Assembly: GCA_963706575.1 (NCBI GenBank)
Contig: CAVPNL010000013.1
Span: forward strand, 1 to 64,000
Source of the DNA: an uncultured delta proteobacterium
Lineage (GTDB): Bacteria; Desulfobacterota; Desulfobacteria; Desulfobacterales; JAHEIW01
Direction of reading: 5' to 3'
Length of the DNA stretch: 64,000 bases
The notes under the pieces are model-generated. The model did no database searches, was not told the origin of the DNA, and saw nothing but the letters and a program-made list of their open reading frames with translations. Every line of letters starts with the position of its first letter. The first letter of the stretch is position 1. The position numbers were made by a program, and so were the translations under genes. Shown here piece after piece: positions 41,527-52,420 of the stretch.

Positions 41527-42498
41527 ATGGCTAGCGCAATCTTGATGGCCGGATATAAAAACAAAATGGAGGTAAAGCGTTACAGCAAGATCGTTGCCGA
41601 GCATTACGGTGAGAAATTCATTGAGGCCGGTTACCTGCCTTTAAGGGAATTTAAAGCGGTCAAAGACGGCAAAGAAGAAAAAAAGCCCGTTATCCAGTTT
41701 ACGCTCGAAAGGCTTTTTGCATGTGATCTGATTGACGAAATTATAATTGTCGGCCATCAGATGTTGCTGGAGCAACGTCTGGGAAAATTTATAAAAAAAT
41801 TTGCAAAACCATGCCGCTTGATTAATCAGAATTCGCCGATTGAACCGGAGGTTGTCAAGCGGTTCAACATCATCAGGCGCAAAGTCAAATACAATACCAT
41901 AGCAGGCAATTTAATCAAAGGATACGCCGCCAGCAGCGCCTGTCAGCATAAAAAGCATGCGTTGTTTGTGGCCTCGGATTCCCCCCTGACGACAAAAGAA
42001 TTCATCGGGCATTTTCTGGTGGCCGCCCAAAAATATCAGGACCAGGCTGCCATTATTTTCCCGGCGATACTCATTGATGCCGAAAAAGACAAACTGGAAA
42101 GACACCCGCTTAAGCTTAAGAATGACACGGTGTTTGATTTGCCCGGATTGAAAGATATGTATGGCCGGCATGGATTCCGGCTTTCTTCTTTGATGTTTGC
42201 CAACCCTCATTTTTTCGATATCAACACGACCAACACCGCATACAGCCTGCGCAAAGCGCTTAATCCCAACGTCCAGCTGAGGTTGTTTAAAATTACGCGC
42301 AACCTGGGCTATCCAAATGTCTATTCCAAATATTTCATCCGAAAAGATTTAAGTATCAAGGAGGTTGAAAACATCACATCCGCATTTTTTAACGGCAAGC
42401 TCAAGTTAATTCCAATGGCTGGAGAAGAATCAACATACGACTATGACGGTACTGATTTTGAATATCGTATGATCAATAAGATGCTACAGGATGGATAG
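41527..42498 (+). CDS. nucleotidyltransferase/GT-A-fold-like hypothetical protein
   Basis: N-terminal AILMAG, IDEIIIVG, FVASDSP and C-terminal YDYD resemble MobA-like NTP transferases. Confidence 0.6.
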   Translation: MASAILMAGYKNKMEVKRYSKIVAEHYGEKFIEAGYLPLREFKAVKDGKEEKKPVIQFTLERLFACDLIDEIIIVGHQMLLEQRLGKFIKKFAKPCRLINQNSPIEPEVVKRFNIIRRKVKYNTIAGNLIKGYAASSACQHKKHALFVASDSPLTTKEFIGHFLVAAQKYQDQAAIIFPAILIDAEKDKLERHPLKLKNDTVFDLPGLKDMYGRHGFRLSSLMFANPHFFDINTTNTAYSLRKALNPNVQLRLFKITRNLGYPNVYSKYFIRKDLSIKEVENITSAFFNGKLKLIPMAGEESTYDYDGTDFEYRMINKMLQDG

Positions 42499-42642
42499 AA
42501 GTGGTTTCAAAACCCCATCTAAGGCCCACTGGCTGCGTTGGCCCGCGAATTGAAATACTCACGTACTCACGTGTACGCTCCGTTTCCAATTCGCGGGACA
42601 CCTTGCCCTTGAACCTGATCTGAGGTTTTGAAACCACTTCTA
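42496..42642 (-). mobile_element. RPE/ERIC-like MITE, family A, copy 2 (inverted)
   Basis: Same TIRs; core (reverse complement) GGAGCGTAC-loop-GTACGTGAG; its left end forms the TAG stop of the upstream gene. Confidence 0.85.
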
Positions 42643-42697
42643 ATGAATGAATAAAGGATAGCTGACTATTTGCTCATAAAATTATTTTTAAGAATAA

Positions 42698-43365
42698 ATG
42701 AATTCAAACAGTCATATTGCTGCATTTTTTGATTTCGATGAAACCTTGCTGGACGTGGAAAGCGGCGATTGGGCATCCAGTGGCTCCGGGATAGACGCCT
42801 GGTACCGTTTGGCTATATTCTTAAAATCCTCTTGGCCAACTTTTTATATCAGCGGCGGCTGCTTTCAGACGAGCGCATGGTCAAAATAATGCTGACCTTC
42901 TACAGGAAAAAACGCCTGGCCGACTTTCAAAAAGGTGCGGATAATTTTTATAAAACCTATTTAAAACCTCACCTGGCGCCTGGAATTCTGACACGGGTTC
43001 ATTTCCATAAAAAGGAAGGCCATATGCTGGTATTGATATCCGGCTCGGTCAGATACCTGCTCGAGCCTGTCGTAAAGGATCTTGAATTTGACCATCTGTT
43101 GTGCACCGACCTGGAAGTCGACAAAAACGGCCTGATGACCGGAAAGCCGGCAGACCTGGTGTGCGTGGACCACAATAAAAAAGTGCTGACCTTAAAGCTG
43201 GCGCAACAGCTCGAATTAGACCTTCAAAAATCCTACGCCTACGGCAATCATCATTCGGATCTCCCGCTGCTGGAGACCGTCGGCAACCCGCATGTCGTAG
43301 AACCCAACAGCATTCTTGAAAAAATCGCCCACCAAAGATCCTGGCCTATACTCGGCTATCGCTAG
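42698..43365 (+). CDS. HAD-IB family hydrolase; frameshift near 42768
   Basis: AFFDFDETL, LISGS and YAYGNHHSDLPLL..VGNP. Confidence 0.88.
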
Positions 43366-43383
43366 AATCTATCTCAAAAACGG

Positions 43384-43692
43384 TGCAATTTTTTTTGCAG
43401 TGTAAACCACGTTCACATTAATTAATATCCTGAAATCGTTGCGTTTAAAAGCAAACCGCTGCCATCCTGTCAACTTTCGTTGCGCTTCATATATTCTTGC
43501 AATCGTCGGTACTTTAAGCCCGTTCCACCAATCGCTATCCTTTCTTAAGATAAAAAAGCCTCACGCCACCAAAAAATAACATACTGAAATCATATGAGTA
43601 AATTCGCGATGGCGATTCAAAATACCATTTCTTTGCCATTTAACAAGATCTGAAAGATAGCCCCGGAAAAAATTTTGGCATGCCGGTTGCTC
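43384..43692 (+). promoter_or_regulatory. sigma-54 promoter with paired enhancer boxes (promoter 1)
   Basis: TGCAATTTTTTTTGCA at 43384; GTCAACTTTCGTTGCGC at 43469; TGGCATGCCGGTTGCT at 43676. Confidence 0.75.
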
Positions 43693-43728
43693 TATACCAT
43701 AGCTAAAAAAGAAAGGGAGGGCGGGGAA

Positions 43729-43938
43729 ATGAAATATTACATGGCAAGTTACAGCGGGACGGTTTCAGATGGGATGAATTACAAAGCGCAGGGCAGCGGC
43801 AGCGATTTATATCGTCATTTCCCGGAATTGAGAGAAGTTATCAATCGCTATCCCTTTAAGAGCATCGACTTCAGGCTGGCAAACGGTGATCGGCTCAGAA
43901 TTTACGATATCAATAAAAACAAGAGCCTCAATAACTGA
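43729..43938 (+). CDS. 69-aa hypothetical protein
   Basis: GGGAGG RBS and ATG 43729, directly after the sigma-54 promoter. Confidence 0.65.
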   Translation: MKYYMASYSGTVSDGMNYKAQGSGSDLYRHFPELREVINRYPFKSIDFRLANGDRLRIYDINKNKSLNN

Positions 43939-43985
43939 GAACGCAACAAACAAATATCGTCCAAAAATTAGAGAAGAAGGACCCA

Positions 43986-44201
43986 ATGAAAAAAGAACTC
44001 TTATCAATTCCTGAAGCGGCAGAACTATTAAGCTGCAGCACCCGCACGGTTCGGCGATTGATAGAAGAACGAACCATTGAAGCCTGCAAGCTCAGAAGCT
44101 CAACCCGGGTGGTATATTCCTCTTTACAGGGATACATTCTGACCATTATTGGGGACTATCAGAAAAAAAACGGCCTGGCAGAATTTAAATCATCCGGTTG
44201 A
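43986..44201 (+). CDS. excisionase-like HTH_17 DNA-binding protein
   Basis: LLSIPEAAELLSCSTRTVRRLIEE. Confidence 0.8.
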   Translation: MKKELLSIPEAAELLSCSTRTVRRLIEERTIEACKLRSSTRVVYSSLQGYILTIIGDYQKKNGLAEFKSSG

Positions 44202-44662
44202 AAAAGTGTGACTGGGAGGGACTGCACGGGACCGGTTGGCTTTGCTTAGCTACCCCTAAAAATGATATCCCCTATCTAATACTTTTTCATTAGATATTTC
44301 CAGCCTTGGCTGCGAGTATCTAATACTTTCATAATCCATATACCATCTAACTTATTATAAAAATTCATACTCATGCCGTATTGCACCGAAGTGATTGCAT
44401 TGATAGGATTACGGACGATCCAGCTTAGTTTTTATATTGACAATGATTTGGAGTCTCGAATATACAAATATTAACAGCGCGAATGCCCGTTTTTCTAAAT
44501 TGCACCTGAAGTTCACGCTGGTTGACCATTCATTCGACTATTCTCACACACCTTCAAGCGACCGTTCACCTCTGATCCGTCCGAGCCACCAAAAAAACGC
44601 TGATCTACTTTCTGACTCCGATTGCAACAGCTTAGCGACACCAAAAAAATAATGACGTAAAA

Positions 44663-44777
44663 CCCATCAAGGGGGAGATGGGCATCCAAGACAACAGCAC
44701 GCTGATTAGGGGGACGCTGTGTACCGTTTGTCTTGCATAAATGGCCGAGTTGCCTCTTATGGGCGGCTCGGTTTTTT
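44663..44777 (+). promoter_or_regulatory. structured 5' leader ending in an intrinsic terminator (attenuator or riboswitch candidate)
   Basis: Two hairpins then GCCGAGTTGCCT/GGGCGGCTCGGT plus T6, ending 13 nt before the RBS. Confidence 0.55.
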
Positions 44778-44802
44778 GATTTGCACAAAAAGGAGGTATG
44801 TC

Positions 44803-47417
44803 ATGAGGAGCTTATTCATTAAGGTATATAAGCAATTAGGTTCGAAAAAACTACTGCTTAAATTGGCCGGGGTTTTATTTGTTCTCTTTTTCTTTTCCCT
44901 GAGTGCGAATGCTGCTGTTGGAAACGTATTCGTCATCGTTCGGAAGGCTAGCGCGCCAGATGTTTATCCAGATATTCAGGTAAAAACGATTAGCATATCA
45001 GATTATAATTACGAATATGAATTGTATCAGTTGACCTTTAATGTCTCTGCAGGTGACTATTTGGGTTTTTCGCTCGGTTTTGATAATTACACAGACAATC
45101 CCGGTTCCGTTTTGTACGACAAGGTTGAACTCAATGGCCCTTCGGGGGCAGTCGCAATTCCTAACTCGGGCTTCGAACAGGGCACAACAGGTTGGAACAA
45201 AAGCTGTCCCCCATGGGCAATTTCCACATTTACGGTCTCCGATGATGCCTATGAAGGTTCAAAGGCGGCGAATGTGACGGTTAACAATGCTTCCAATAAT
45301 GGGTTTTGTTCAATCCGCAATGACCCGAATATCGCTATCGTTGAGACCGGGACCTACACGTTGAGTCTCTACGCCAAAGTGATAGAAGAGGAATTTCCGC
45401 CCGATGAAATTTTCGCCATGGAAGTAGGCAACTGGTGGATATATGGCTCGAACAGCGAAAAAAGGGTTACCAGGCTAGATCAAACAACCTTCCGAAAAGA
45501 TACTTATGAGGTAGAGTTTTTAGAAAACAGTATTTCCTTTGGGAAAGAATGGTACGAACCTTTTAAAGGAGAATTGAGATGGTGGGGATTTTTCGATGAC
45601 GGTCAATTATTCAAATTTGATAATGGTCTTGTGGTGGCATGGTTCCCCGCCTCAGTGGGCGAGCTTCGTGAGTCTTCCACGGGGGCAGTCGGCTATAGTG
45701 GAAGTGTTAACATGACCGTTGATGTGATGGCCGTTGAGCAATTATCACTTAGCTTTGGTACTCTAGACGCTTACAAATTACGCTATAGGCTTACGGACAG
45801 CGAGCCGGGTACAGAGGTCCTAACTTATTATTACTGGTTGGTGCCATATTTAGGTATTGTAAAAATGGAATATGAGGGGGAATCAGAGCAACTTACATCC
45901 TTTGCCATCGGCGGCGGAACGATAACTCAGGATACCGACACGGATGGTGACGGTCTTAAGGATTATGAGGAACTCAGTATATATAACACGGACAGGCTGG
46001 ACGCCGATACGGATGATGACGGTCTTACCGATGGCGAGGAAGTAAACACTCATGATACGGATCCAAACGATAACGATACAGATGATGATGGTCTTACTGA
46101 TGGGGAGGAAGTCAATACCCATGGTACAGATCCAACTAACGAAGATACAGACAATGACGGCCTTAGCGATGGTGATGAAATCAATACCCACAACACCGAT
46201 CCAAACAACGAAGATACAGATGGAGATGAACTTAATGATGGGGATGAAATCGCCATCGGTACTGATCCGAACAACTCTGATACCGATGGAGATGGAATGC
46301 CCGATGGCTGGGAGGATGATCACGGCTTAGATCCATTGACTGATGATGCAGACGCTGACCCGGATGGAGACGGTTTAACAAACTTCGAAGAATACGGGTT
46401 GGGAAGACACCCGACTAACGTGGAACCGGATGCACCGGTACTTTTACTGCCCGATGATGCAGAAACCGATATTTTACTGACACCGCAACTGCAAACGCAG
46501 AGTTTTTCGGATATGGACGGGCATGACCACAGCCTGACCCATTGGCAGATCGGCAAACGCATCGGAAATCCCGAACCCTGCACAGAGGAATCATTTACCA
46601 ATTCTGACTACATGGTATTTGATGCCACCTCCGACACCCAACTGACCCTGTTTAACGTGCCGGATTTACTTTTAGATGTCGACACCGGTTATTGCTGGCG
46701 GGCTAGATTCACAGACACCGGCAATGCCACATCTGAATGGGCTGACCCGTTTTCATTTACAACAGTTGCGCAGTCTGAAGACGATCAAAATGATAACGGG
46801 ATCCCCGATGATCAGGAAGCTGACTGTCTGGGGATATTTGATCCTGGTGAGGTGCCGCCAAATACCGTGTGCGTTGATACGCTGGTGGGCAACGCCCAGG
46901 TCGGCATAGAACCTTCAGCCAATATTGTCAGCATCGATGCCTTTCGGTCAGTTGATCCCCAGGAGATTCCGGAAAAACTGCAGGGAGTGGAACTGTTAAT
47001 GGGATTGATGAGTTTTAAGGCAGAAGTTGACCAGGTAGGCGGTACCATGCAGATGACGTTTCACACCTCTATACCGATGCCCATTGAGGCTGAATGCTAT
47101 AGATATGACCCCGTCAATGGTTGGCATAATTATTCCGCGCATATGGTAGCAATCAGTCCTGATAGAAAAGCGATAACCTTGGAGTACAAGGATGGGGATT
47201 TTGGTGATTTGGATGGGGTTGCAAATAAATTCATTATCGATCCGTCGGTTTTGGCGTTGCTGCCGCCGGAGGTGGCGGTGGCGGTGGTGGCGGTGGGTGC
47301 CTGATCTCCACCGCTGCATACGGGTTCCGTATGCTAAAAGAATCATTGGCCTTAGTACTTCTTTTCGGACTTTTGATGTTCGGTCTTTTAGAGTTTAGAA
47401 AGAAGTTTAAGAAATAA
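44803..47417 (+). CDS. large surface protein: carbohydrate-binding-like domain, Ca-binding DTDxDGLxD repeats, choice-of-anchor-U-like domain, Gly-Cys CTERM sorting signal; frameshift near 47247
   Basis: AGGAGG then ATG 44803; signal ending SANAA; DGDFGDLDGVANKFIIDPS; shifted-frame tail G10-CLISTAAYG-TM-RKKFKK*. Confidence 0.8.
45931..46400 (+). repeat. intragenic tandem repeats, roughly 69-bp period, encoding DTDDDGLTDGEEVNTHxTDP
   Basis: About 7 acidic units visible in both DNA and protein. Confidence 0.85.
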
Positions 47418-47442
47418 AAATACATTTCCGTTTTTGTGCTAA

Positions 47443-47477
47443 AAAGGCAGAGTCTTAGGAGGCTCTGCCTTTGTTTT
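47443..47477 (+). terminator. intrinsic terminator
   Basis: AAAGGCAGAGTC-loop-GGCTCTGCCTTT followed by GTTTT. Confidence 0.8.
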
Positions 47478-47539
47478 ATGAAGCACTGTGGGGTGTTTGC
47501 AAAGAAGATGAGACAAACACTTACGCCTAATAATAACCA

Positions 47540-47849
47540 TGAAACTATTTTTGCTTTGTAAATATTTTTATTAACTCGCTAAGCTTTCGATTTAACTACT
47601 TAATTTCAGATACGCCCAAAACCAGGTCAACGCTTGTTGCACCTCTCATTGAATTCGGTTCCTGAATCACTCGCGCCCCCGCTTACCACCTGCCAGGTTT
47701 TTTCTTAAAAATCCAGCTGAACAAACCCTATCAATAAATATAAAGCAAATTAACTAGTTATTGTTGACTGCCTTTCTGTATTCCTTCTCGCTGAACGATC
47801 TTCCTCCACCAGTTTAGAGAAATATGACTACCTGGCATATCACTTGCTC
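47540..47849 (+). promoter_or_regulatory. sigma-54 promoter with paired enhancer boxes (promoter 2)
   Basis: TGAAACTATTTTTGCT at 47540; GTCAACGCTTGTTGCAC at 47626; TGGCATATCACTTGCT at 47833. Confidence 0.75.
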
Positions 47850-47953
47850 TGGATTGTAAGCAATAGCGGCAAGGTAGATAAAATTTTGATCAATTCGCAT
47901 GACGAACTGAGGCTTTTTCTAACAAGAAATATTCATAAATCCGGGAGAAAAAA

Positions 47954-50900
47954 ATGGAAAAGATGCATTCAAAAAAATACTGCGTGGGCATTGATATCGG
48001 TTCAGTCAGTCTGAACTGTATTGTTATCAACACGGACAAGGAAGTCGTTTATGAATCTGCCTATAAGAGGCACTTTGGAAAAATTGATGAAGAGATTTTA
48101 AGTCTGGTTGAGAGATTGTTTCAGAAATTTGGGGAAAACCGGATTCAATCCATTTCTTTCACAGGCAGCCACGGCAAAAAGCTGGCTGAAAAATTGGGCG
48201 TCTTTTATGAGTTTGAAACCATCAGTCAGGTATTGGGCACCCTTCACCTGATTCCGGATGCAAAGAGTCTCATCTGTATGGGAGGCCAGGATACGGCTTT
48301 ACTTCAAATTCATCACGATGGAGATAGATGGGAGCTCGAAAGCTTTAACGCCAACGGGCCCTGTGCTTCGGGCACCGGATCCTTTCTTGATCAACAGGCA
48401 GAACGTTTGGCCACCGCTTTGTACGAAAAGAACAAGGAAACATCTCAAAACCATATTGACAGGATTTTAAATGACTTCATCCACCTGGGTCTTAAAAGCG
48501 AAAAACCCGCCAATGTGGCCTGCCGTTGCACCGTCTTTACCAAATCCGACATGATTCATCTTCAGAACAAGGGCGAAAAGCTTGAAGATATTATTTACGG
48601 TCTGCATGTCGGCAATGCCAGAAACTATGTCAGCACGATTGTCTGCAACCAGATGCTTGAAGATCCGATCATATTTGTGGGCGGGTTGTCCAAAAACGAA
48701 TTACAGGTAAAAGCGTTTCAGGACTACTATCCGGACCTGATCGTCCCGCCGCATAACACCTCCACCGGCGCGCTCGGCGTTGCCTTAAAAGCCCTGGAGT
48801 TAAAAAGAGAAGGATACCTTTGATCTTGGCGACCTGAAAAAAGCAAACCTTCGCGGGGATATTGCAGTGCCCAAGGCCCCCAGGCTGGTCTTGAAAAAAA
48901 CCAAACTGCCGAATCCCCAACCATCCCGCAGAAAATTTTTGGCGATCAGAACCCGGGCCTTCCTCGGTATCGATATTGGCTCGACAACCACCAAATATGC
49001 GTTGATAGACGAAAACCATCATTTAATCCACAAAAGCTATGTGCATACCCGGGGAAAACCGATCGAGGTGACCCAGAAACTTTTAAAGCACATCATGGAT
49101 GAGCTGGACGATAAAGTCGAGATCATGGGAGTGGCCACCACCGGCTCGGGAAGATATGTGGTCGGTGACTTTTTAAATGTGGATTTAACGATTGACGAAA
49201 TCACCGCCCATGCCCGGGGGGCGGTCGAAATTGATCCCGAAGTGGACACCATTTTTGAAATCGGCGGCCAGGACTCGAAATACATTTCACTGGTCAACGC
49301 TAACCCGCTTGATTTCGACATGAACAAAGTTTGTGCAGCCGGCACCGGCAGCTTCCTGCATGAGCTGGCCAATAAATACGGCATCAATATTGTCGGTGAA
49401 TTTCAGGATATTGCCCTTTCTTCCAGGACACCGGTCAAACTCACCGATCGCTGCACCGTTTTTATGGAATCAGACCTGGTCTCCTATTACCAGAAAGGCG
49501 CATCCCGCGAAGACCTGATGGCCGGTCTTTGCTACGCCATCGTGCATAATTATTTGAACCGGGTTGTCGGCAAACGAAATATCGGGCGGCGGATTATGTT
49601 TTTGGGGGGCCCTTCTTTAAATAAAGGCGTTGTGGCGGCCTTTGAAAATGTTCTGGGCCATGGCCTGCTCGTTCCGCTTCACAGAGAGGTCCTCGGGGCC
49701 TATGGAGCGGCCATCTGTGTTCAGCAAAAAATGCAATCTGAAGACAAAGACCGCAGCACCTTCAGAGGAATGCACAGCGCAATTCATGATCGCATGAACT
49801 TCAAGGAGAAAGTGTGCCGAGTTGACCCAAATTGCCATAATCAGTGCAAGCTCAAAATCTATCAATTTGACAATCGGCGAAGTATCTGGGGCGGCGAATG
49901 CGGCCGCCACGAGTTAGCACGAAACCTTAGCAAAGGAAAAGACAATTATTTTAAACTCAGACGGATGCTGTGGGAAACCCACATGGCCGGTGTGTACAAA
50001 GAACTGGAAGATCAGCCGCTGATGGAAATTGAGGGTCGCCCGACAATCGGGATGCAACGGGCACTTTACGGCCATCAGACGGCAATCCTGTGGGCCCATT
50101 TTTTTGACCGGCTCGGATATCGCCTGGTGCTCACACCACCCACCAGCGCCCGCGTATCCACCAAGGGGGTAGAGAAGGCGGTGGACGGCGTTTGTTACCC
50201 CGTCAAAGTCTCCTATGGCCATATCGAGCAACTGGCGGGCAAAACAAGATATCTTTTTATTCCAAGCCTGACCAAGATGCCGACACCGAAGCCATCTGAG
50301 ACCGGATTTTACTGCCCCATGGTTCAGAGCAATTCGTATATGGTTCGTATGACCTTCGACCTGGACCGGGTATCAATCCTAAATCCGGTTCTTAATCTGA
50401 AATACGACCCCGCTACCCTTGCGGTGGAAATATACCGGCAAATGGGTACACGGCTGGGTTTATCTAAAAAATTGATAAGTAAAGCGTTGTCCTATGCAAT
50501 TGAACGGCAGCGGCAATTCGTGGCGGACATGTATCAACAGGGAGGCAAAATTCTTCGAAAACTGGATTCAAATGAACCCATCATGGTGGTTAGCGGTCGT
50601 CCCTATAATCTTTACGACGACAGGTTGAATCTAAGGCTCGGCCAAAACCTGGCCAAGCTTGGCATCGCAGCGTTGCCGATGGATTTTATCGACGCCGGCG
50701 CGGTGGACCTGGCGGAATTTCCCGCGATGTTCTGGGGTTTGGGCGCTCAGATCCTCAAAACGGCAAAGATCGTAGCCAGAAACTCAAACTATTTCGGTTT
50801 GCATTTGACCAATTTCGGCTGTGGTGCGGATTCATTTGTTGAGCACTTTTACAAATCCATCATGGGAGACAAGGCCTATTTAATCCTTGAATTAGATGAG

Positions 50901-51020
50901 CACAGCGCCGCTGCCGGTGTTATGACACGGCTCGAAGCTTATAAAAACGTGATCGAAAACAGCATGCAAGCGTCGCAACTCGCAACCCAATTACAAAAGA
51001 TCCATTCACAAAAGAGGTAA
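47954..51020 (+). CDS. CoA-substrate activase with two ASKHA ATPase domains plus a DUF2229-like domain (PlsA/Ger-like); frameshift near 48818
   Basis: GIDIGS twice, GGQD twice, CASGTGSFL, CAAGTGSFL, RCTVF twice, CYPVK, GRPYN, NFGCGAD and ELDEH. Confidence 0.85.
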
Positions 51021-51024
51021 AAAA

Positions 51025-52398
51025 ATGAAATCAAAACAACAAGGTAATTTCGATTCGCCGACAAACCGCATTGGCAAGTTTCATCTTCAGAATAAGACCG
51101 TCCTGATCCCCGAGATGAACCGTATCGCCGCTCACCTGATTGCGGCAACTTTCAGAAGTTTTGGCAGCAATGCAAGGGTGCTGAAAACTTACCATGGTCT
51201 TGATCTGGGCAAAAAGTACACTTCCGGCAAGGAATGCTTCCCCTGCCAGGTTACGCTGGGAGACATTCTGCTTTTCCTCAAAACCGAGCAGGAGAGACTG
51301 GGCGCCGCCTTTGATCCGGAAGATTATCTGTATTTTTTGCCGGAGTCCGACGGGCCCTGTCGATTCGGCATGTACAATACGTTCCAGCGAATGGTGTTGG
51401 ATTCTTTTCCGGGACTCGAGCGGGTCAGAATCGTTTCGATCACTGCCAAAGACGGCTATTCACTTGAAGGGGTGATTGAACAGGAACGCATGCTAGCTTT
51501 CAGAAAGGCAAGCTATATTGCCGTGGTGGTGGCCGACATCATGGAACGGCTTCTGTGGCGCATCAGGCCCTATGAAACTCAGGAAGGCATCACGGATGAA
51601 TTTATTAAAAAATCCATGTGGCATATGGAATCAATTTTTGAAACCCACGCGCTCACCAACGATTTTGGCCGGATACTGAATGAACTCGAAGAAATTACCA
51701 AAAATGGGAAAACCCTGATTGATCCTGCGATTCCGACCAAACCGCTGATCGGGATTGTGGGCGAAATTTTTTTAAGAATGCATGTTGATTCCAATCAGGA
51801 TGTGATCCGGGTTCTTGAAAAGCACGGCGCTGAAGTCGTTAATTCCTCACTGGCCGAATGGGTGAATTATATCACATACGGGCAATTAAGAGAGAACAGG
51901 ATCAACTTCCGCTTAAACCTGAAACAACTTAACTTCGGCCGCTTAAAACATCATTTTCAAAAGATCATCAGCTTCGGTGGAGATCTTTTTTACCAGGAAA
52001 TGAGACAAAAACAGTTCTATAACCGCGCCACCCGGCTGATTGATTTTGAACACGATCATAAAGTGAGCCATCTGGAAAAGCTGCTCAAGAAAGAAGATAT
52101 CTTTACCTTTGATGTCACCACGGAAACCTGTCTGAGCATCGCGGCCATCCTGCAATTTGTTAAAGAAGGCTACAATGGCGTTGTCAATGTATATCCCTTC
52201 ACCTGCATGCCGGGCATGACCACCTCGGCCATTGTAAAGCCGGTTCTGAACCGCATGAGAGTCCCCTATCTGGATACGCCCTATGACGGAAGCTTTCAGC
52301 CGGGTCGGGAAACCGCATTAAGGACGTTCATGCATCAGGTCACCCAGCATTTCCAACGCCATGGCAGAAAAGGCATCATTCAGAAACGTGCGGCCTGA
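51025..52398 (+). CDS. 2-hydroxyacyl-CoA dehydratase-like partner subunit (PlsR-like)
   Basis: GKECFPC, GPCRFGMY, IGIVGEIF and PFTCMP. Confidence 0.82.
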   Translation: MKSKQQGNFDSPTNRIGKFHLQNKTVLIPEMNRIAAHLIAATFRSFGSNARVLKTYHGLDLGKKYTSGKECFPCQVTLGDILLFLKTEQERLGAAFDPEDYLYFLPESDGPCRFGMYNTFQRMVLDSFPGLERVRIVSITAKDGYSLEGVIEQERMLAFRKASYIAVVVADIMERLLWRIRPYETQEGITDEFIKKSMWHMESIFETHALTNDFGRILNELEEITKNGKTLIDPAIPTKPLIGIVGEIFLRMHVDSNQDVIRVLEKHGAEVVNSSLAEWVNYITYGQLRENRINFRLNLKQLNFGRLKHHFQKIISFGGDLFYQEMRQKQFYNRATRLIDFEHDHKVSHLEKLLKKEDIFTFDVTTETCLSIAAILQFVKEGYNGVVNVYPFTCMPGMTTSAIVKPVLNRMRVPYLDTPYDGSFQPGRETALRTFMHQVTQHFQRHGRKGIIQKRAA

Positions 52399-52420
52399 AC
52401 CCGCAATACGGTCTAGCGAT

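Noticed and set aside
43986..44400. Prophage or integrative element boundary
   Set aside because: No integrase, tRNA, att duplication or phage genes were recognised
44655..44755. Canonical c-di-GMP-I (GEMM) riboswitch
   Set aside because: The 3' GCCGAGTTGCC resembles it, but the GNRA-capped stem and the GACGCAAA junction are absent; kept only as an unknown leader
45931..46400. Periodic repeats as a possible CRISPR array
   Set aside because: The repeats are in-frame, degenerate at third codon positions and encode Ca-binding DxDxDG units; there are no unique spacers or cas genes
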